A stretch of DNA of 64,000 nt from assembly GCA_021129775.1 (NCBI GenBank), contig JAJOKP010000012.1:280-64279 (forward strand), given 5' to 3'. The translations under genes and the position numbers were made by a program. Of the stretch, positions 20,188 through 26,211 are shown piece after piece. The notes below the pieces were generated by a model, which did not search any database, had not been told where the DNA came from, and worked only from the letters and a program-made list of their open reading frames with translations. The DNA comes from Clostridiales bacterium. GTDB taxonomy: Bacteria > Bacillota > Clostridia > Peptostreptococcales > NVVX01. Each line of letters starts with the position of its first letter. The stretch's first letter is position 1.

Positions 20188-20224
20188 TAAATAAAGCACC
20201 AATCCAACTAATGAATTGGTGCTC
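20188..20224 (-). terminator. intrinsic terminator downstream of the second methylase (also the apparent intron target)
   Basis: Minus strand: AGCACCAAT-tcattagttgg-ATTGGTGCT, followed by TTATTTA. Confidence 0.65.
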
Positions 20225-20305
20225 ATGCTTATGTTATTTAATTTCTTTCAACTTAATCTAACAAATGCTCTTAATTTTTCTTGAAAATATACAAATACTC
20301 ATGTG

Positions 20306-21052
20306 CTATAAGTAAAAAATTATACTGTAAACTTTTTTCATGCCAATAACCAGTTCCTTTGCAATTGTGTTGCTCCTTAATACGATTTCTTTAAGCTCAA
20401 ATCCTACTTCCATAAATTCACTCATAACTTTGTTTCCTAATGGGATGATATAACCCTTTTTCCTAATATCCCCCATAAGTATTGCACAGTATTTGTTTTT
20501 CTTTAATACTCTATAACATTCCTTAGCCACTTTCTGTATTTCTTCTAAAAAAGACGCATCATCGTGTAGTGAAATATCTCCATCTATAAACTCACTATAC
20601 TTAATAACATTTGCATATGGGGGATGAGCACAAATTAAATCGATGCTTTCATTGTTTAAAAAACTCATCTTTCTAGCGTCTGCACAATAAATATTTGGTT
20701 CAAATTCACCATTATATTTAAAAGTTATATTGTTTTTGGCAATATTTATACTGCTTTGATTTATATCAATACCAATACCTTTTCTTTTCAATAATTTACA
20801 CTCTATCAATGTAGTACCTCCACCTAAAAATGGGTCTAATACAACATCATTTTTTTTCGAATACCTCAAAATTAAATTCCTTGGTATGTATGGTGACCAA
20901 TTTCCTCTATACTTACCATTATGAGTCGCCCAACTACCCCTATTAGGAAAGCTCCAAACTGATGAAATTTCTAGCTTAAAATCATTCGGAGCCCAATTAT
21001 TAGAATTACTATAACTCCCCTGTGAATCACAAATTTTAATAGGTTCCCCCAT
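20306..21052 (-). CDS. site-specific DNA methyltransferase (N4-C/N6-A type), C-terminus frameshifted
   Basis: Motifs VLDPFLGGGTT (AdoMet binding) and CAHPPYANVIKYS (catalytic). After KEIVL the paralog-like tail KEQHNCKGTGYWHEKSLQYNFLLIAHEYLYIFKKN* is read in the -1 frame and ends at 20271. A 1-nt loss near 20385 (TTAAGGAG where TTAAAGGAG is expected) would explain it. Confidence 0.8.
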   Translation of the reverse strand: MGEPIKICDSQGSYSNSNNWAPNDFKLEISSVWSFPNRGSWATHNGKYRGNWSPYIPRNLILRYSKKNDVVLDPFLGGGTTLIECKLLKRKGIGIDINQSSINIAKNNITFKYNGEFEPNIYCADARKMSFLNNESIDLICAHPPYANVIKYSEFIDGDISLHDDASFLEEIQKVAKECYRVLKKNKYCAILMGDIRKKGYIIPLGNKVMSEFMEVGFELKEIVLRSNTIAKELVIGMKKVYSIIFYL

Positions 21053-21182
21053 TTGATTTTACTTCACTATATCCAATTCCATCTACTGCTGGTTCCATTC
21101 CCATTATAGAATTAAACAACTCAATCTTTCTGAGCTCAGCACCAGTATCGTTGTTTTTAATATTTTGATTTAATTCGTTCAT
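21036..21182 (-). CDS. hypothetical 48-aa ORF overlapping the methylase start
   Basis: ATG 21182 lies 9 nt after AGGAG. Translation: MNELNQNIKNNDTGAELRKIELFNSIMGMEPAVDGIGYSEVKSNGGTY. It overlaps the methylase ATG by 17 nt. I recognise no family. Confidence 0.25.
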   Translation of the reverse strand: MNELNQNIKNNDTGAELRKIELFNSIMGMEPAVDGIGYSEVKSNGGTY

Positions 21183-21406
21183 ATATATACTCTCCTAAAT
21201 ATATTTCAGTCAATTGAAAACTATTCATTCTATCTTGATAAATCCATAATCCAATTAATCCAACCTGCTATCGTCGAAGCACGTCTATAAAAAGTAGATT
21301 CTGCTTCAACATGAAGCAATTGTGATTCCTTCATAAAACTAACAATCGTTTCCTTTGATGGCATCTCATATGTCTTTAAATATTTCTTATGCGGCAAATA
21401 AAAAGC

Positions 21407-22525
21407 TCAATGTTCTAATACCCATTTAATAAATTTAAGGTTTCTTGACTTAATATTCATATTAAATAAACTCTTGCCTTTTGAACTGAGAAAATAATTT
21501 ACAACACCATTTTTTCTTTTTTTATCTACGAGTCCCAAATATCTAGCTGCATCAGTATAATAATTGGTTTGTCTTACATCAAAATCATATTTATACGTAA
21601 TTTCATCTCTGCTTAAAATATCATTTTCATGTAATATTTCACATAGACTAATAACTCTCTCAAAACTATCAGCTTGTGGAAATGGTATTCCTTGAGGCTC
21701 TTCAATCAATCTTGTCTCATTTGAAATTACCAATATATCATCTAAATGGATATCTTCTGGTTCAATTGAATAACTTTTTTGTTTAAGTAGTGCTAGCGAA
21801 TTATAGTTAGTAATATCTTCAAACACATATTCATAGAGACTGAAAATCCCATTTGAATATGTTAAGAATACTGGCTTTACTTGTTTAGTAACTTTCTTTT
21901 CCCACGATCTAAATGGATAATATAATTGTCGAATTAGAAAGTCATCTGAAATCGAGTTCTTTGCTTCAATTAATGTTAGCGAACTTAAACCTTCATAACC
22001 ACCATCTATTTCAACTTGAGAATTTTTTATGGACAACGGTATTATTTGTCCACTTCTCTGATTTCTTATGTTAAACTCAAATTGATTAGAACTCATTCTA
22101 CCATCAACAGTTGGCAATAATTCTTCATCCCCTATAAAATCGGCCAGCATCCCTGAAACATATGCTGTATTAATAGCAGTAGCTTCACTAGTTATGTTTT
22201 CAAAATCAATACTTTGTATATAATCAGGAAAGCTCAAACTATGTACCTCATGCCTTACTTTTTCAAACTTATGGTATGCTTCAAATCTTGCAATAGTATA
22301 CTCACCACGCGATATTGGTAATATTGACAGACCATTTTCTTCAAATAGCTGTGGTAAATTGCTTCTATGGTCAAATTTAGTCATTAATCTAGCTTCTCTA
22401 AATTCATTTATCTGTTCAGACTTAATATTCATATAACCATTTTTATCTACAGCATTCACAATATTATATTTTTGGAATAATAATTCCCAAACTTTATCAT
22501 TTCTAGTTTTTGGCTTGCTACTCAT
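21407..22525 (-). CDS. putative type II restriction endonuclease (PD-(D/E)xK), ended by an in-frame TGA; the frame stays open to 21230
   Basis: 372 aa; candidate catalytic VEIDGGYEGLSSLTLIEAKNS; 8-nt overlap with the upstream dam-type methylase. After TGA 21407-21409, 58 more sense codons follow (AFYLPHKKYLKTYEMPSKETIVSFMKESQLLHVEAESTFYRRASTIAGWINWIMDLSR*). Confidence 0.6.
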   Translation of the reverse strand: MSSKPKTRNDKVWELLFQKYNIVNAVDKNGYMNIKSEQINEFREARLMTKFDHRSNLPQLFEENGLSILPISRGEYTIARFEAYHKFEKVRHEVHSLSFPDYIQSIDFENITSEATAINTAYVSGMLADFIGDEELLPTVDGRMSSNQFEFNIRNQRSGQIIPLSIKNSQVEIDGGYEGLSSLTLIEAKNSISDDFLIRQLYYPFRSWEKKVTKQVKPVFLTYSNGIFSLYEYVFEDITNYNSLALLKQKSYSIEPEDIHLDDILVISNETRLIEEPQGIPFPQADSFERVISLCEILHENDILSRDEITYKYDFDVRQTNYYTDAARYLGLVDKKRKNGVVNYFLSSKGKSLFNMNIKSRNLKFIKWVLEH

Positions 22526-23354
22526 AATTTCTCACCAATACCTCATCAACTTCTCCACGTTTATCACCTTTCGAATTAATAGAACGCTTAGCTTTAATAA
22601 TCTCAACTTTGTAATCTTTATAAAGGTCAAGTATATATTCTGTTGCTGAATTTGATAACAGAAACTTGACTCCCCTTGAATCAAGTTTGTCACATTGAAT
22701 TTTCAATCTTTCTTGCTCTTTTCTATCAAACCCACCTTTTGCATAACCAGTAAAATTAGAACTGTCTGAGACGGGATCATAAGGTGGGTCAAAATAAACA
22801 AATGTACCTTTTCTAATCCCTTTTAAAGCTGATTCAAAATCACCACTTTTAAAAAGTATATTAGAATTATTGAAATATTTACTAACAGCTCTAAAATTGA
22901 TTTCATTTACAATATTTGGATCTTTGTACTTGCCAAAAGGTGAATTGAACTGACCTGCCATGTTAACTCTAAATAACCCATTGTAACAGGTCTTATTTAA
23001 ATAATGTATTCGTGCCGCCCTTTCTACATTGGATAAATTAGAATATGTTTTTTCATTTCTATCTAAAGAACGTGTCTCATAAAAAAATTCTTCTTCATTC
23101 CTGTATTCTTTTAATTCATTCACTAATTCATCCACATTGTATTTTATTACACAATACAAATTAATTAATTCATCATTGATATCATTTATTATCGCCTTTT
23201 TAGGTTGTAATTCAAACAAAACTGCTCCACCACCAACAAATGGCTCATAATATGTAATATCTCTTTTAGGTATATATTTTTTTATTTCAGGTAGTAATTG
23301 TCGCTTACCACCAACCCATTTAAGCACAGGTGTCACAAGTTTATTATACTTCAT
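22518..23354 (-). CDS. Dam-family DNA adenine methyltransferase (MethyltransfD12 type)
   Basis: 278 aa; LKWVGGKRQLLPEI, EPFVGGGAV (motif I) and VYFDPPY (motif IV). The gene is intact. Confidence 0.9.
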   Translation of the reverse strand: MKYNKLVTPVLKWVGGKRQLLPEIKKYIPKRDITYYEPFVGGGAVLFELQPKKAIINDINDELINLYCVIKYNVDELVNELKEYRNEEEFFYETRSLDRNEKTYSNLSNVERAARIHYLNKTCYNGLFRVNMAGQFNSPFGKYKDPNIVNEINFRAVSKYFNNSNILFKSGDFESALKGIRKGTFVYFDPPYDPVSDSSNFTGYAKGGFDRKEQERLKIQCDKLDSRGVKFLLSNSATEYILDLYKDYKVEIIKAKRSINSKGDKRGEVDEVLVRNYE

Positions 23355-23439
23355 GCAAATTCCTCACTTTTCAAAAGACATATATACAATATAACTCATT
23401 TTTAAGAATAGTAACATATGTTCCCATAAAATTATTGAT

Positions 23440-23706
23440 TTATATTTTTACCTGTCCGCATAATATCTGTGGTGAAATATTTGCTTCCTCACCTCTGCAA
23501 GGAGTACAGTAACTCTGTATACCATCTGGATTATTTATTGTTCCTCGTTTCTCGGATGTTCCAAATAATTCATCTAGATAATAAACATGTTCATCACCAT
23601 TTTCAATCGAACAATTTGGACAAGATTTATAATTTTTTCTATGAATAGTCGCCCTTTGTGATTCTTTCAATTTCAATCCACAAGCCTGACATATTTCATT
23701 TTTCAT
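23440..23706 (-). CDS. zinc-ribbon protein of unknown function
   Basis: 88 aa, from ATG 23706, 10 nt after GGAGGG. Translation: MKNEICQACG..(18)..SCPNCS...YCTPCR. It heads the R-M cassette, where a controller protein often sits. Confidence 0.5.
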   Translation of the reverse strand: MKNEICQACGLKLKESQRATIHRKNYKSCPNCSIENGDEHVYYLDELFGTSEKRGTINNPDGIQSYCTPCRGEEANISPQILCGQVKI

Positions 23707-24076
23707 GGTATACATTCCCTCCAAATAATAATATATTTTTCGCATCACATATTATTGAACAAAATCACTACCTCTATAATTTCCAAAAGCAAACTATAAA
23801 ACATACAAAAATGGAAACTATTCATGTTAATATTATCATATTTTACTTCAAACCACAATTGCATATTTTATCTGTAACACAGTTTGCGATAAAAAATTCT
23901 TCACTGCGTAACGCTACACCACCTGCTATTGAAAGTAAAAAATCCGACAAAATATTCACCTCGTTATCTCAAATTCAAATTTATACTCAGCAAAGAGCAT
24001 TTTGTTTTCCTTAAATCTTGACTGCATTATAATAATTGAAACATCAGAAGTAATACACCTATCAACCTGTTAGTTT

Positions 24077-24333
24077 TCACTCATCAAGATTTTTTCGCAA
24101 ATTCAACCCATTCTTCTCTGAGAGATACCTTGTTTTTTTCCACCCACTATTCAACCATTCTTTCGCTTGTGAATGGGTTATATCGTTGGCCCACCATGAG
24201 TTTCCACTGATAAAAGAATAGGCCGAAGACGGAAGTTTATCTTTAGTTACAGCTTCTATTTTGGCAAAAGTCGGTCGAATGCTTTCTTGACTTAATCCCT
24301 CTAAATAAACTCCTAACAATCTATATTTCCCAT
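24077..24333 (-). CDS. small WWAN-motif protein (DUF7662-like; family name from memory), with a start-proximal frameshift or non-ATG start
   Basis: Reads ..GKYRLLGVYLEGLSQESIRPTFAKIEAVTKDKLPSSAYSFISGNSWWANDITHSQAKEWLNSGWKK... The only ATG served by an RBS (AAGGAAGG, 10 nt, ATG at 24333) is 1 nt out of frame. ATGGGGAAATAT in place of ATGGGAAATAT would restore MGKYRLL. Confidence 0.5.
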
Positions 24334-24356
24334 TTATATCATCCTTCCTTAATCAC

Positions 24357-24884
24357 TTAAATATTTTCGTTTGTGCCAAGTATATTCTCGAACATAAAAT
24401 CTTTATGTAAATCGTTCCATTCTTTGATACTTAAAACTTTAAAATCATCAATTAAGTTTGTTGAAAGTCTTGGTAATTTTTTTTGAATTTCAAAGGGTAA
24501 TTTCTTTTTGATTTTACCTGCAAGTCTTTTTCTTATAATTGGGTCTGCAAGAGCTGATTCTAGTACATAGTAGTATCTAAAAAACTTTTTCCTCAATTCA
24601 TCAATAGCATTCAAATAGATAATACTATCGTAATATTTACGCGCAATTTTTCGGTAATGTTCCTCTGAAGTTATTTTACTATCGAACGTATCAGGATACT
24701 TTGCACCATCAATCATTGAGTTTTTATACTCCATAAATACGACCTCGTCTTCTAACTCAAGTACTACATCAACGTCACATAACAAACCCCCCAATTCTGA
24801 GTAAAAGCTGTTTAGTTCAATAAGGTTAATTGCTTTATTACAGTTGATTTTATAATTTTTATTTTCTTCAATAAATATGCTCAT
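24357..24884 (-). CDS. hypothetical protein with a PD-(D/E)xK-like nuclease motif
   Basis: 175 aa; CDVDVVLELEDEVVFMEYK (D39..E52-x-K54) followed by a helical C-terminal half. It starts 32 nt after the ATPase stop. Confidence 0.55.
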   Translation of the reverse strand: MSIFIEENKNYKINCNKAINLIELNSFYSELGGLLCDVDVVLELEDEVVFMEYKNSMIDGAKYPDTFDSKITSEEHYRKIARKYYDSIIYLNAIDELRKKFFRYYYVLESALADPIIRKRLAGKIKKKLPFEIQKKLPRLSTNLIDDFKVLSIKEWNDLHKDFMFENILGTNENI

Positions 24885-24916
24885 CTTCAGTGCTCCCCTT
24901 TAAATCACTTTATTAA

Positions 24917-25934
24917 TCAATCCCCTAAATTTTTGTCTAATACTTCTTCCATTAAAGCATCAAATGCTTTAATAATAGGATTTTCTTTCAATTCTCTAAA
25001 ATTATCACACTTCTCATGATTTACGTATCCGTTCTTGTCTTTAAATAAAGAATAGTGGGCTATTGTATGTTCTTTTTGAGCTTTTACTTCAAAGTATTTT
25101 GCTAAAATATAATCATGTGTTGAGATAAAAATTTGCACTCCTTCTTTTTGTAGTTCAAGTAATATTTCTACTATTATTGGTATTACGACTGGGTTTATAT
25201 GTGCTTCAGGCTCATCCCAAAATAGAACTGAACCTTTTTCTAACACGCCATTTTCAATTAGCTTCCACAATAATGCTAGTTTTCTCCAACCTTCAGCAAT
25301 GAGTTGAAATTCTATTTTCTCTTCATTTCCTGAGTTTAAATAAAATTTTTCATTTTCAATAGATAGAATACCCGAAGTTATCTTCTTAATCGTATCTAAA
25401 TATCTTTTTCGTTTTGCTTGCCTTTTCCCTTTTCTAACATCAATTTTAACAGCTGCAATTATATCTAAGTAAGTTTCGTCAAAATCAATAACGTTTTTTA
25501 AATAAGCCGATTCAAATTGATATGCATTTGTTAAAATATCTTTAGCTGGGATATATGTACTAATCAAATCTTTATTTTTCTTCTCCCATTCACTTTCTCC
25601 ACTCACAAGAGCATCCCATTTTTTTGTATGATTAGTAAACTGTGTTTTTATACAAACATTTTTTTGAATGTACCACTATTAACGTACTTCCTGCAACTTT
25701 ATTTTTACTAAGAAATCTATTTATAGATGATCTGTCAGGCTTTAATACTTTAACAAGTTTATGTGAAAACATAACATCTTCTCTTGCAGTTTGACATGCA
25801 GAGTATAATATCTTCATTATGTGCGTTTTGCCAGTTCCATTTTCACCAATAAAAATATTTATGCCGTCTGTAAAATCCAGTTCAATTTTTTTAAATACTG
25901 TAAAATTCTCTAATCTCAATCCTGTTATCGACAT
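24917..25934 (-). pseudogene. AAA15/ABC-type (SMC-like) ATPase split into two ORFs by a frameshift
   Basis: The N-terminal ORF carries Walker A FIGENGTGKTH. The C-terminal ORF carries a signature-like LIAEGWRKLALL, Walker B SVLFWDEPEAHINP and ISTHDY. Both frames are open only in 25635-25675, which contains A7 and A5 runs. RBS GGAGG lies before ATG 25934. Confidence 0.8.
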
Positions 25935-26007
25935 ACTAAACCTCCAAATAAAATTATTCCCATGTCCCCTCACATAGCACTATCTTTTATTAGCACATAT
26001 TTACACT

Positions 26008-26036
26008 ATTAAACCAAATAAAATGGTATTGCGCAA
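26008..26036 (-). promoter_or_regulatory. candidate sigma-A promoter for the ATPase module
   Basis: Minus strand: TTGCGC, 17 nt, TTTAAT, about 70 nt upstream of ATG 25934. The background is AT-rich. Confidence 0.25.
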
Positions 26037-26211
26037 TGAATCTAGAATTTTAGGTATTACTACTTCACAGTTTTTCAGTTTACTTGTATTATATTATGTA
26101 GCCTCAACTGTTTCTTTCTATTTCGCTTGCCGTCATCAAGAATGTTTCTCATCTTAGTATATGAAGAGAGAGACAGGCATTCTACCTTGTCCCTCTTCAG
26201 TAGATATCATA

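Noticed and set aside
21407-21409. TGA read as a sense codon (genetic code 4 or selenocysteine) in the endonuclease
   Set aside because: TGA terminates other ORFs here at family-consistent ends (ATPase 24917-24919, rseP 34134-36, WWAN ORF 24077-79). There is no SECIS-like hairpin follows it. A premature stop is the simpler explanation.
26163-26200. Hairpin after nrdJ as an intrinsic terminator
   Set aside because: The stem is imperfect (GAAGAGGGACAAGG against CCTGTCTCTCTCTTC, needing wobble pairs and a bulge), and no U-tract follows it. The evidence is too weak to list as a feature.
19103-26211. Island as a prophage or integrative element
   Set aside because: It has no integrase, recombinase, transposase or phage structural genes, and no flanking direct repeats or tRNA target that I could find. 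It is better described as a defence hot-spot remodelled by deletion and recombination.
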